Source of the DNA: Octopus sinensis
Lineage: Eukaryota
Direction: 5' to 3'
DNA: 64,000 nt
Assembly (NCBI RefSeq): GCF_006345805.1
Contig: NC_043001.1
Span: 118,234,001 to 118,298,000 of the forward strand
Shown here: positions 39,153 through 52,385 of the stretch, piece by piece
Numbering within the stretch: position 1 is the first letter of the stretch
How the letters are laid out: every line of letters starts with the position of its first letter
Position numbers and translations under genes: made by a program
The notes under the pieces: model-generated
The model's database searches: none
What the model was told of the DNA's origin: nothing
The model's input: only the letters and a program-made list of their open reading frames with translations

Positions 39153-42100
39153 CTATATATATGTGAGAGAGAGAGAAATGTATTTATAATGTTGTTTAGT
39201 CTACAAAGAATACAATTAAAATCTTAATAGTTAAAAGTAGGCAGCAAATGAAAAAGTAAAAGGCTTTGTGACAACTGAAATTTTAATTAACATAATGGAT
39301 CTTTCAAGAATTTTGACACCGAGCATTCAATTATCTGATCAATTCCACATTCAACTTGTTAAATTAAAATATAAGTGGCTCAGTATTCTACAGACACACG
39401 AATCCTTAATGTAATTCTCAAGCTGAGTCATGATCCGTGACACAGCCCATCTTTGAATTAAAGATACGATTCATCTGATAGGCTTCCAGGTTCCAGCTTC
39501 CCAATTCCACTCAGAAGGCTTGGACTGATCTGAGGCAATGGTGGAAATATTTCTTTAAATTGCTATAGATTGAACCCAAAGCCTCATCACTGCAAAGCAA
39601 TCTTCTCAACCACTCAGCCATGTTTGCATTTTCTTCAACATAATATCAGGGATGATTTTTTTTGTCAAATTGAAAACTTTCAATGACTTTAGATTTGCTA
39701 ATGGACAGCCAATATCAGACAAGTAACATCAGATGGTGAATCAAACAAGTCAGAAATGGTTTGATTTTACAAGGAAGAATGAATAAACATGAAAAGATTT
39801 TTAACCAGGGTTTTAAAAGTTGCTATTCACTAAACCAGCAGGTCACCTTTAGCATAGGATTGATGTATTTCAATACTGATTTAATCATCTTTCTACTTTG
39901 CCCCAGTAGTATACTTCAGTCACAAAGTTTGTGTTAAGAAAAAAAAAAACACCTGCCTTATGTAAAGACAGTTTTATAACTATTTTAAAGATAGAGCTGA
40001 CAGTATTACAAAACTGTTCTATTGAATGAGTGGTTTTAGCCATATAGATATTCACAACAATGTTTCCATGGAAACTCAGCTTTCTTTTACCAAATTCATT
40101 TGCTATATTCATGACTATGAGACTGTTGTAATCACACTTGCTGTTCAACTCTAACAGAACAGCTCAAAGTTGTTCCAACAGTGACATCCCCACAGGTTTT
40201 CAGGCATAATGTATCTAAAACTATATTGTCCAAAGTGTTCTTTCCTTTTTTTTTAAAGACAGTAGGGAAATTAGTCAATTTCCGGCAGGTTGAGGAACAA
40301 CAATAAGGTTCACTCATTGCAAGTTTTCTATTCTGGAGGAATTTAAAAATAAGCTGGAGTGCACTTCATGGAAGATCAATTGTGTATGTGTGTGTGTGCG
40401 TACACTAAATCCTCACATAAAAACCAGTAATATGTTGACATTTCTTGCCAGCAAATCTTCTCTAGCTCTGCACTTTCAAAAACAAAATTTAATAAAAATC
40501 CTTTACACAAAAAAGTAATGGTTACCAACAGGAAAGGCATCTGGCAGTAAAATGAATACATATCTATCAACAAAATATGAAAATATTCTAACAAAAGGCC
40601 TTATGTACAGATTTTTATGTACTATTTGATATCTGGAATCAATATATAAAGTTGAACAACAGTTGTCAATTTCCCAACACATTTCATGACAGAAGAAAAA
40701 AATTAATTTATGCATGTGAGGGTCAAATATGAACAACAGTGAAAATTCGTAAAAATCATATCTCAGTACATCTGATAACAACTATTTAGGGGGTTAGGCA
40801 AACAAGATTATAGTTTTAAAAGTATATTCTCAAACCTTTCTATTATATTTTATATCATAATTTTCTAATTTTATGACAAAAATCGTTATCAGTAAATTTA
40901 TAGCCGATAAGGGCTTGTTCCTAATGTGCTGAAAATAAATACATAAAACAAAATATAAATATCTACATTTCCAGAAGTATCAGACATCACGTGTCATTAA
41001 AAAATTACAAGTATCTGAGCAAAGACATTTCACACTTTCTGGTCTAGTTCATTTACTGTCAGTCACTAGCACCCTTAGGTAATTCAATGCTTTGCAACCC
41101 TGTTGCAAGAAAGAGGATGAATAACACCAACATGCTTCTGATAATTATAATTAGTATTAAGGTGATGAAAGGCCGAATCATTTGTACACAGACAAAATGC
41201 TTAGCAGCATTTCATCCACCTCTATGTTCCGAGTTCAGATTCTACTAAGGTTGACTTTTACCTTTCATCTTTTCAGAGTCAATAAGTACTGGGGTCAATT
41301 TAATTGACCTAGCTCTGTTCCCCAAAATTTCAGGCCATGTGCCTATAGTAGTGAGGATTACCATTTGGCCTTTTATCTTTTCAGAGTTGATAAAATACAG
41401 TCAAAAACTAGTACTGAGTAACCCCTTTCCTCAAAATTATCAGTCTTGTGTCTAAATTAGGAAACATTACTATCCAAGATGATAATCACAATGACAAAAT
41501 AGTAGATACTACAAATATATATATCTCAGACAGTACCTGAAAATGGGTATGTCTGAACATAGATATAGCTCTGAAAAGAAACACTGGTTTTTTGGATGCA
41601 GACCTAGGGATCAGCTATTTTGTGGACGTACTGGGAGAGAGGGAGAGGAAAAAAAAAAGTAAATTTTATTTCATTCTATTTCTCTCTTGGCTATCACTGC
41701 CTCCAAGTTTCCTTATTTCTTCACACCAATTTCTTTCAAATTTTGCTGCTACCCTCTGTCACCATTGCTTTGGTCAATTATTTTTAATTCCCCACCATTC
41801 ATTCTCCTGACCAAACATGGATCACTCTGGCCACTGACTTTCTTTCCCAGTTTAAGTTTCCATGCATTGAGAACTACAACAATTCAAGGTTGCTGCACCT
41901 ACATGTACCTACATGCTTGCAAGGTTCAGCATTAGTAATAGTGGCTTGTTGTGAAAATGCAGTTCCTTGTCGAAGATTTCTTTGCTTTGTATACAAGTTA
42001 CACTACTGACATATACACGAGTAAATAGAGTATCTTTCCTACTGGCCATAGAAAATCTTCCAGCTGTCATATCCATTTAATATAGATGCTTCTATACAAT

Positions 42101-42163
42101 CACACACACCACAAAGAGAAATAATAGAGCTAGATTTGAAAGAAAACAAGAAAGGAAGCCTAC

Positions 42164-42293
42164 CATCAAGTTCTCTGTTGTGGTATTTATTGACAGCAGC
42201 TACAGCATCATTATATGATAAATAAACAACTTCTGCACAACCAGCTTTCAATAGATGGGCCTTTTTTAGGGCTCCAACTGCACCAAACAACTC
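42164..42293 (-). CDS. POLDIP3: POLDIP3-like exon, RRM core (ELFGAVGALKKAHLLKAGCAEVVYLSYNDAVAAVNKYHNRELD-G)
   Basis: Acceptor tttcttttag|GAG, donor GATG|gtaggc; 130 nt, phase 0/1. Resembles the vertebrate POLDIP3 RRM pattern ELF..GALK.A.L..PG.AEVV......A..A..KY.NR.LDG. Confidence 0.93.
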
Positions 42294-42416
42294 CTAAAAG
42301 AAAAAAAAAAGAAACCCAAATCATTCAACAGATATTATTTCAAGTATATGAATAATGAAAAGAATTTATGATTTAGGCACAAAGCCAGTAATTTTACCTA
42401 ATTCAGACTACTTTAA

Positions 42417-42635
42417 CCCTTTAGCATTTAAACCGGCCATATCCGGCCAAAAATATTCTACCTGTTTTATGTTCAAACTGGCCAGATCTGGTCTCTCACA
42501 CCAACCCTACAATATCATTTTAAAAATTAACAGCTACCTCATCAAAATCTCATAACTACAAGATAATGCATTAGTTCAAAACAATGTGGATAAAAAAAGC
42601 ATTAATTTCGGCAGAACATTGTGAACACTAAAGGG
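42417..42635. mobile_element. piggyBac-type MITE (219 bp)
   Basis: TTAA|CCCTTTAG ... CTAAAGGG|TTAA: intact TTAA target duplication and CCC/GGG ends. Confidence 0.85.
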
Positions 42636-43770
42636 TTAAACCATAAACCAAGTTTTCTAATATAAAATGAGTTATTTTTTGCTGATGGAATATTGTAAAT
42701 AAAATATATATATATATATATAAAAACTCTGCAAAACAATATACAATGAGTAAAAGAAAGAGATGCTATATACCAGCTGATGTTTTTCTTTTACAGATTT
42801 CAAATACTAAAAGTCATTGTTCTGATGACAAGACAATGAAAATATGCTAATACCACTATAAACGGATATGATTTGGAATGTTGTTAAGCCTTAATGTCTT
42901 ACATACAAGCTGATATCTATGAACATAGATAAGGTAGCAGGAGGCCATAAATGTCTAGTAGCAATAGGGAAGCGGGTTTTGCAAGGCATCCTTGACAAGT
43001 AAAGGAACAAACCTGATACTGGGTCAAACAATGTCTAACCCTACATGCCAAACAGCGACAGTTTTGGTAAAAAAAGAATATGACTTTTGGTGCAGTAGAT
43101 GTACTGGAATACTTAGCAATAGAAGTAGCCATGAAATGAAGGCTAGAGAGTGACCAGGTGGGTCACTGGAAAAACAAACAAGTTCTGATATCAATGTTTG
43201 TTTAATTTGCTCTAGAGAAAGGTTGAATGACAGTTTAAAAAATACATAAACTTGGTAATGTAGAAATATATAAAATACAAATTAATAATAACAGGTTTTA
43301 TGCAATAGAAAATACTGAATGGACTATATCTTTTTTTTTTTTTTTTAATTTGCCATTAATTACTGACTGGTAAAAAAAGAAGACAGTAACAGTAAAAAGA
43401 TTTCTACTTCAGTGTTGTAAAATGTTAGTTCTGGCTAACAAAAAAAATCCCAAAATATAATTTCATAAAATAGAAAGACAATCTGGGGAAGTCAGTACTT
43501 TTTTTACTCTATTGCAATGGAATACTAAATTAGCAAAAGTGTAAAGCAAGACAGGCTATGCATGTGTACATGCATAGATGTGCATGAGTGATCAATTTTC
43601 ATTCATTCTTTTTTTTAATACTTGCAGAGGTCAGACAGTTCTCCAATACAGTACCTTACTATTTGTCACCATCCTTGTCATATATTTATAAGTTTCAGTT
43701 TTTACCACTTGCCTCCTCCTCTTATATATTTTGTATATAGGTAGCAGGATTGCCAGTGAGGTGACTTTCC

Positions 43771-43945
43771 AAAGCCCGGTCGAGTAGGAGGGCGCCATGG
43801 CGAGCATGGAAGTAGCTCTCGGTGGTAGTAGTAAATATTCATATGAGATCTTCAAAGACTGAAGTGGAGAAGGGTTCTGTGCCAATGGCAGTCGAGCAGG
43901 GGTCAATCAGTCAGTCCTAAGAAGCTGGTGAAAGCTTCCATGAAC
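43771..43945 (+). pseudogene. Decayed 28S rRNA fragment, antisense within a POLDIP3 intron
   Basis: cgagtaggaggg, ggtggtagtagtaaatattc, aagactgaagtggagaagggttc and gtcagtcctaaga are colinear with conserved eukaryotic LSU sequence as I recall it (CGAGTAGGAGGG...GGTGGTAGTAGCAAATATTC...GAAGTGGAGAAGGGTTCC...GTCGGTCCTAAG), with a deletion of about 40 nt. Confidence 0.88.
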
Positions 43946-44495
43946 CCCCCCCCCTTGCACTTCAAGGTAGTGCTCCAGCATGGTTGCAGTCAGATGACTG
44001 AAACAAGTAAAAGAATGTACATACCCAATAAATTAAACCAACACATACACACACACACAGTGATATATCTGAATATGCACATATGAGGTGTCTGGTGAAT
44101 ATTGTGCTCATACAAACATACATGTGTATATGTCTATATATTAAACGAGTACACATATAGGTGGATCTGAGTTGGTGTATTCATAGATGGCATGAAGCTC
44201 TTGCTTTTAAAAGTTAGCTGCAATTACATAACAAATTACAAACTCAATTCACAAATTCATTTTGACACAATTACAAATTCACTTCAGATCTTTGAGGATG
44301 TCATACAGGACTCCAATTTCACTACTGATAAACCTGATAAAAGGAAGACTCAGCATCAACTGAGATAGGCTCACTTGCAGAGTGATCCAGTATTTCATCT
44401 TGCTATTTGTTTCTTAGTGATTCCATTTTCTCACTAAAATGAGGAAAACTAAATGGGGACAACATACTTGTTCTCCAGCTCAATTTGCGCAGATA

Positions 44496-44896
44496 CTCTT
44501 TTACTCGTTTCAGTCATTTGACTGCTGCCATGCTGGAGCACCGCCTTTAATTGAGCAACTCGACCCCGGGACTTATTCTTTTGTAAGCCCAGTACTTATT
44601 CTATCGGTCTCTTTTGCCGAACCACTAAGTAACGGGGACATAAACACACCAGCATCGGTTGTCAGGCGATGTTGGAGGGACAAGCACAGACACACAAACA
44701 TACACACATACATACATACATACATATATATATATATACGACGGGCTTCTTTCAGTTTCCGTCTACCAAATCCACTCACAAGGCTTTGGTCGGCCCGAGG
44801 CTATAGTAGAAGACACTTGCCCAAGGTGCCACGCAGTGGGACTGAATCCGGAACCATGTGGTTGGTAAGCAAGCTACTTACCACACAGCCACTCCT
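44496..44896 (-). mobile_element. CORE-type SINE, full length
   Basis: Reverse complement is nearly identical to 33078-33474. Confidence 0.88.
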
Positions 44897-46135
44897 GATA
44901 CTTTATTTTAGTTGAGAAATATGTTTATATATAAATGGCACTCCATTGATTATGACAAGTGTTCCAGTTGATCTGATCAACAGAACAACCTGCTCATGAA
45001 ATTAACACACAAGTGGCTGAGCACTCCACAAATGTACATACCCTTAATGTAGTTCTCAGGGAGATTCAGTACAACACAGGTGACAAGGCTGACCCTTTGA
45101 ATTAGAGGTACAACTCGTTTTTGCCAGCTGAGTGGACTGGAGCAATGTGAAGTAAAGAGTCTTGCTCAAGGACACAAATTGATACCAGGAATCAAACTCA
45201 CAACCTCGTGAGCCAAATACCCTAACTACTAAGTCATGCATTTTCTCTCTCTCTCTCACACACGCATGCATGCACACACACACACGCATGTATGCACACA
45301 CATACACACACACACCTGCTTCTCGTTAGTTGATTACGATGAGTTTACATTACCAGCAATTTAAGCGAGGAGGGTTAACGTAGCAAGTGACTAATACCAA
45401 AGAGAACACTACTTCTGGAAAACAAACAGTGGCCTAGATAAACCAGGGATGGCATTACAAAACCTACATAATTAACTATTTTGTCACAAACTATGCAGAT
45501 TGTAATTTAGTTGTACCCCAATTTCTGAATGGTGAAAATAGGCATTAATTACCGACACCAGCCAATGACTATTTAGTAATCTATTTTATTTTCTCTTGCA
45601 TTCTTGACTAGGAGACCTCACTGCCACTTCTCAACTGGGCTTCACATGGGAAGCAATTATTAGATTTTCCTCACAACACACATTATGTACTTTTCTTCTA
45701 CCTAGAGTAAAGACTCTTGATTTATTAAGACTACACACCCACTCACATGTGTATATATGTGAACACACAGAGAAACACTCTTTCTTTGCACTTTGTTTGG
45801 CTAAAGGCGGTGCTCCAGCATGGCCGTAGTCAGATGACTGAAACAAGCAAAAGAATAAAAGAATAGCAATTGACTGCCTTCTTTAACCAACAGACAGGAG
45901 ATTATACTGCACAGTAATCAATAGAGTTATTGTTTACAAAACCTGCATGCTTGTTTGTATTATGTCAAATCATTTTAAAAGATGACCTTTATATATCTAT
46001 TCAATACAGAATACACCTATGTTTGAAGATAAGCTTAACTGAAAGTAAACAATATCATGATCAAGGCCACATCAAAACAACATTTAAAAACATTTGAACA
46101 ATATCAAGCAGTTAGTAACAGATGGCATGCTAAGA

Positions 46136-46184
<49 letters not shown>

Positions 46185-46535
46185 CAGTCCAACCCATGCT
46201 AGCATGGAAAACAGACGCTAAATGATGATGATGATGAATAATGTTTAAAAGATAGAATTAAAGGCAGAGACTTTTTATTCTTAATCCTGCTCAACAGTCA
46301 AATATCCTAACCCAAATCAACAAGTACACAAAACAAAACCAATTATAAGCAACAACTACGTGTATGCAAGCACTTGTAAACAGATCGGTCGACAGGACAA
46401 CTTTCAATTTAGGTATATTTCTTTCTGATTCACTTCAATTTAAAGACAAGAGAACTCAGAGACTGCAAACCTCCAGCAAGGTAACACCAACAATTAACCA
46501 GAGATGATTTTTAATGAGAATATTTGAAATAAACT

Positions 46536-46815
46536 AGACTGCTCTCAAAAATGAGAATACTAAAAATGAACCTGACCCCCCCCCCCCCCCCAAAAAAAAA
46601 AAAAATTAAGCAAAAGACCAGAAAAATTATACAGAATTCTTGTCTGGTAACAGATTGATCCCAAAATCTAATCAGTTCGTGCCAGTCACAAGGCCAAACA
46701 TGCCTGAAAGTTTAATCTGAATCCATCCAGCGGGTCTTGAGATATCTTGTCCACGGACAAACAAACAAATGTGACTGAAAACAATACCTCCGCCTTTGCT
46801 AAGGTAGAGGTAGTC
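46536..46815 (+). mobile_element. Helentron/HINE-like (DINE-1-type) non-autonomous element
   Basis: ccaaaatctaatcagttc...gagatatcttgtccacggacaaacaaac...aaaacaat followed by the 3' hairpin tacctccgcctt-tgct-aaggtagaggta (46785-46812). The 5' boundary is approximate. Confidence 0.55.
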
Positions 46816-47168
46816 AATAGCCTAGTAGTAAGATTTTAGAATACGTATGACTATCATTCTATAACATAATTCTAAAGTATGGAAATGTATCATTTAAAGT
46901 AAGTTAAACAGAAAATATAATTAAGGACATATATAGTAGAAAAATTTACTTTACTGTTGTGTAACACCCACCCACTGACTGTATCTGGGTCATTTTGTTC
47001 ACATTTTACTGACAAATAATGTCAACTAGTGTGAGATATGTCTGGGTGACATGTAGCTCTAATTCATCACCAAATATATGAGCCACACCCAAAAACAATA
47101 TAATTATGAATGGAAACTTCAAGAATGTTGATATGCAAATCTAAACAAGTGAAACTGGATTCTTAATA

Positions 47169-48383
47169 TTGGGTCATCCCATAAATGTGGTTTTTTAGAC
47201 TTCTATTTTCAAAAATTAAGATATCTTTTTTTAAATCTGAAATATACTCTCCTTCATTTTCTACAATGCTCTTCCCCTCTATCTTGTAGACTTGCAAGGA
47301 CCCTCTTCCAAAACTCACTTGTCCGTGATGAAAAATACTCCACCAGTACTTTTCTGACCTAATCTACAGAATTCATATTTTTTCCATCCAAATGATTTTA
47401 TGGGGCAATGTCCAGTAAATATGGTGGGTGGGGCATCATTTCCCATTCAAACTGCTTCAGCCTTTGGAATGTCATCCTCGTTGTAGGTGGCCGACCATTA
47501 TCCCGAGGGAAGAACACCTTTCATCTTGAAACCAAAGATGGTAGTTTTTCTTCTAGCACTGACTTAAGCCACTCAAGCTGCTCACAGTAAATCTCCTTTG
47601 TTATTGTTTGGTTTGGGTTTAAAAGTTCAAAGAGGACTGAAGCTTTCATATCGCACCAAACAGATAACATCTTACATGGGTGAAGGTCTTTAGCCTGGGG
47701 TGCCGGTGTTTCTCCTTTCCCTACCCACAATCTTCGGCCCATTACTCATCACCAGTCACTATTCGGTTGGAAAAAGGTTCATTTGTGACTGACAGCAAAG
47801 AAAAGCACACATTCAATCTCTGCACGCAATTAGACTCAGAAAGTTTGTGAGGAACCTACTGGCCCAATTTGCAGACATTTCTAGTAGCATGCAGTTGTTG
47901 ATGAATGGTTGAATGACCAAATCTAAGCTTCTCTGCTAGTTCCTCAACAGTTACGATGAGATTTTGTTCCACCAGGGTTTGCAGGACATCCTCATCAAGC
48001 TTTACAGCTCTTCCAGGACGAGGCTCATCCAGGCTGCAGTTTCCGGCTCGGAATTTCTGGAATCACCACTGACACTCGCTCACACTTATTGTTTGATCCC
48101 ATATACTGCATTAATATTCCTCAGACTTTCCATTGTGCTGGTGCCTTTATTGAACTCATACAGCAAAATATGCTGAATATGCTCCTTTGTCACTTCTATT
48201 ATAACTTTGAAAAAATAACTTAAAATCAAACTGCACTCTTGAAAACTTGCTCAAAGAATAAGAACAATGTAAAATTACTACCTGCTTTTATAGCAAAGTT
48301 GATGCCTGTAGTTTATCCCGTCCCCCCTCCGACTTTTAGTTCATGCAACTGGGCAAAACTGCATTATTTATGGGATGACCCAA
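47169..48383 (-). mobile_element. Full-length (1215 bp) dead mariner element in a POLDIP3 intron
   Basis: Perfect 18-bp TIRs ttgggtcatcccataaat (47169-47186 / 48366-48383), TA on both sides; transposase remnant WVGKGETPAPQAKDLHPCKMLSVWCD...ELLNPNQTITKEIYCEQL; several frame disruptions. Confidence 0.92.
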
Positions 48384-51100
48384 TACAAATACTTGTAAGA
48401 AACAGGTATAAATATTAAGAATTCTGATTTGAAGATGGAGCAAGGTTCCAATCAGGTGTAGAATGATATTGTAGATAAAGTCATAAAGCTAAGAGATAAA
48501 TAAAAAAAGAAAGAAAATAAATGGATAGCAAGGAATACTATCAGACAACTTGGCTTGCTAATTTTCCATATAGAAGGGACCAAAAGCAGAGGTATTCTGA
48601 ATTATGAAACTGTACCAGTGTGAATCAGAATATTGTTGTCAAAAACTTTGTATATTTTGTGTAATTACCCTTGCCAAGACTGGGGCATGAATGCTATTAA
48701 TAGTTGTTGAAAAAAAGGGAATACAGTAGACTCCTCTGAAAAGACTCAAAAGTGGGACCAGCTGTTGAGGCAGCCAACTATACAGTTGGAAGAGCCATTA
48801 TGAATATGATAACAGTGAAAGCAGAACTACCAGGGATAGTTGATGCTGAAAATACCTAGTGAATTAAGGGATACACCAGTTATTCACATAGCTAAACAGG
48901 TAGTATAGGGTGTCATTCCCAAAGACTGACATATTAGCAGCATGGTGAAGAGTTCAAAGGAGATTCTTTAGACAGGAGCAATTACAGGGATATGAAATTG
49001 ATGAACCAAGACATGAAAGTGGCAGAGAGAATTAGAGGAGGCAAAGTTTGGTTTTGTGCACTGCTCTATTTTTAGCAAGGAAGCTAGAGAGAAATCTTAC
49101 CCAAGAGTGCACTACTGTACCTAGTATTCATTTATTTTATACATGTTAAATAAAAAGGAAACTAAGATATTTCTCCATGTTGCTGCACTCATCTGCTACT
49201 TAGTTTGTAACCCAAATATACAATCATCAGCAAATTCCCACGACAGAAAAAAATCAGGCTAAACAAATAAGATACAACAATCTATTTCTGGATTGTACTA
49301 AATATCACAGGACAGAATAATGGCATTATAATCTCAGACCCAGTTCTGCAGTCATTCTCAAGACACTGATTATGCCTATGCCGTTTTAAGATTGTACAAG
49401 TAGAGTTGATAGAGACTAAACAATAACTGCATCATGATAGCTTATAATAATTTATTAAGAAATAACTACATGAAGAAGTATTTAATAAGTATTTGACAAC
49501 TCCATAAACATATATTGACACTGCTTACTTAATAAAGAAACCAAGGTAAAATAAGTTTACAACTAACAATATTTTTTACTACTGTGCCACAATTTTTTAT
49601 AGAATGAAGAACTGTTTAATCTACACCTATTTTCTATCTAAAGAAGAGTCATGAAATTTGAATGGGTACTTTAATTCTATGTCTATGTGAAGAATTATCA
49701 ACAGAAAAACTCCATAAGTTTCTAGCAGTCAAGTGTAGAGTTTTAAGATTTCCAGCAGCTCCCAAAATTTATGCAAATACTGAAATAAAATCGTCATCCA
49801 TTCTAGCAAGACAACAGATGGTAGTAAAATACTCATTACAATTATTAATCAACCTTTATTAAATTGAAATGTATGAGCATTTGGAATCATTGCCCATCAA
49901 AGAGAACAAGTAACTCCAAAGAGGAACTCAGGCCATGACAAATCATCCAATCTAAGCTGATATGAAAAGCAAATGTAAAATTATGACTGATGAAATAAAG
50001 TATATGAAATAAAATTGATATGGAATATGTTTCATCTTTTTTAGCTACAACTCCTCATTCCAGAATATGAAGGAACAACAGTACAACAAAAGCAGGTACA
50101 CTGCAATGGGTGCAGCATGATTGTATGGTTAAGCAGTTCACTTCACAATCACACAAGTCCAGGTACACTCTCACTGCATAGCACATGGTGAAAATGATCT
50201 TCTACAATAACCCCAGGATGAACAATAAACCTGTAAGTGGAATTTGGGAGTTAGAAACTATGTAGAAGCTCTATTTCAACTACTGTGAAACTATTTGAAA
50301 AAAGAATGTTGCAGTAATGAAAAAGACAAATGACAAAGATGAAAAATTCACCATGAGCTTTGCTCTGCTCTTTCTATGATGCACACCTTGTGCAGTCATA
50401 TGCTTCATGCAAATATTGAACTTCTTAGTCACCAGATGAAGCAACATAAGAAATATGTGAGAGAAGAAAGAATACTACTTGGAAATAAAAAAAATTGGTG
50501 ATATTATGTGTGTGAATGTGTATATTCTACCAATGCATATCAGTAAAGTGGGTAAACATCACTGAGAAAGACAAAAGAATGATTCTCTTTGAATGAAATT
50601 TTTTGTGATATTTGTTCTGCCCTGAATTTAGAAACTTCCATGTGTCACTTTTACAGTCAAAAATGCAGTGAACTAGAGACTAGTTGAACAGAAACTGAAA
50701 ATGTGATATAAATACTGCAAAAGGTAAGCATGCTCAGGTCATTGCTACAGGAAGGGAGATAATAACGGTTAACCCCTACAACTAGCGTTAAAAATTTATA
50801 AGACTCAATTTGTGGAATTTATCACCATTACATCACATATAAACACTAATTTACGCTAGTATATACATACAATTAAAAGTACTTTTAAAATAAGCTTTTG
50901 AGGTCCCACTCTCTTTCCAGAAGAAAATTAAAGACATTAGACACAATTCTCAGTAATATGAAAATATCACTATTCCCACATTCATCACAGCTAAAGTTAA
51001 ACTATTAGAATTTGTTCATATTTATTCTTCTTTGAGCTATTAGGATTTTGTACGGTTGTAACATTTTTCTTCTAGAGTGAAATAAAATGCTTTGACTTAC

Positions 51101-51196
51101 AATTATATCATCTTGAGTGACAATTGGATGAAGATTAGTGACCAACACACGGTAGCCAGATGAAGATGAAGAATTGGAGAGAATGTCAGAAGAAAA
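51101..51196 (-). CDS. POLDIP3: POLDIP3-like exon, start of RRM (FSSDILSNSSSSSGYRVLVTNLHPIVTQDDII)
   Basis: Acceptor tttgtttcag|TTT, donor ATT|gtaagt; 96 nt, phase 0/0. RNP2-like VLVTNL plus HPIVTQDDI matches the POLDIP3 RRM as I recall it. Confidence 0.92.
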
Positions 51197-51844
51197 CTGA
51201 AACAAATCAAATCAAGAAATTTATGAACAAAAACATATTTAGATAAAGAAGAGTTCCTTTCTAAATGTATCTGAGACATTAAAGAGATTTATCTATCAAA
51301 ACCATTTACTGTGAAAAAAAAACCCCATTACTATCTGGTTTAAATGGTTCCTGTATATTGTACATGACTGCTGTAGGAAATATGTAAACAAAGGCTACCA
51401 AAATGAGCATGCAGTGAAGAACAGAGCACAACAGAATAATTGCTGAAAACAAGTAAACAAAAAATGTGGTACACACAAAAAAAGAAAAAAGTTTGCTTCA
51501 AGCTTAATTTTCATGGTAATTAAATGGATGACATTACAAGACTTGCTGCCAAAGAGGACAGCAGCTTGTTGCAAGGCCAATCCCAATCCAGCTAACTATT
51601 GCTGGTATGTGTTTTCAGCTGCATAGATTGTAATGAAATGCTTTCCTCAAAAACACAACATCCTGCTCCATAAATATAAAATTCAAAAGTTCTTGATACT
51701 GTCAAAATGATGAATCTATATGTATGGGAGTATTCACAAATACTTATGTATTTATATAAATTTGGTTGAAAAAACAGGAGAAATTTAAGTGAATATTTTA
51801 ATGTCTACTATTCCAAGCTTGCATAGGTCAGAATTCACTTTGGC

Positions 51845-52385
51845 AGACCTTCTCCAGTTTCCTGCCCCTCAAGTCACCAACCTGTCAGACTTTCTCCAGT
51901 TTCCTGCCCTTCAAGTCACCAACCTGTCAGACTTTCTCCAGTTTCCTGCCCTTCAAGTCACCAACCTGTCAGACTTTCTCCAGTTTCCTGCCCTTCAAGT
52001 CACCAACCTGTCAGACTTTCTCCAGTTTCCTGCCCTTCAAGTCACCAACCTGTCAGACTTTCTCCAGTTTCCTGCCCTTCAAGTCACCAACCTGTCAGAC
52101 TTTCTCCAGTTTCCTGCCCTTCAAGTCACCAACCTGTCAGACTTTCTCAGTTTCCTGCCCTTCAAGTCACCACCTGTCAGACTTTCTCCAGTTCTGCCCT
52201 TCAAGTCACCAACCTGTCAGACTTTCTCCAGTTTTCTGCCCTTCAAGTCACCAACCTGTCAGACTTTCTCCAGTTTCCTGCCCTTCAAGTCACCAACCTG
52301 TCTGACTTTCTCCAGTTTCCTGCCCTTCAAGTCACCAACCTGTCAGACTTTCTCCAGTTTCCTGCCCCTCAAGTCACCAACCTGT
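51845..52385. repeat. 42-bp minisatellite, about 13 copies
   Basis: Unit agactttctccagtttcctgcccttcaagtcaccaacctgtc; units 2-7 identical, later units carry small indels. Confidence 0.97.

Noticed and set aside
43150-43168. Short hairpin agtgacc-aggtg-ggtcact as an iron-responsive element
   Set aside because: The loop is not CAGUGN on either strand and the site is intronic.
51845-52385. CRISPR-like array
   Set aside because: The units are contiguous with no unique spacers, in a eukaryotic intron; it is a minisatellite.
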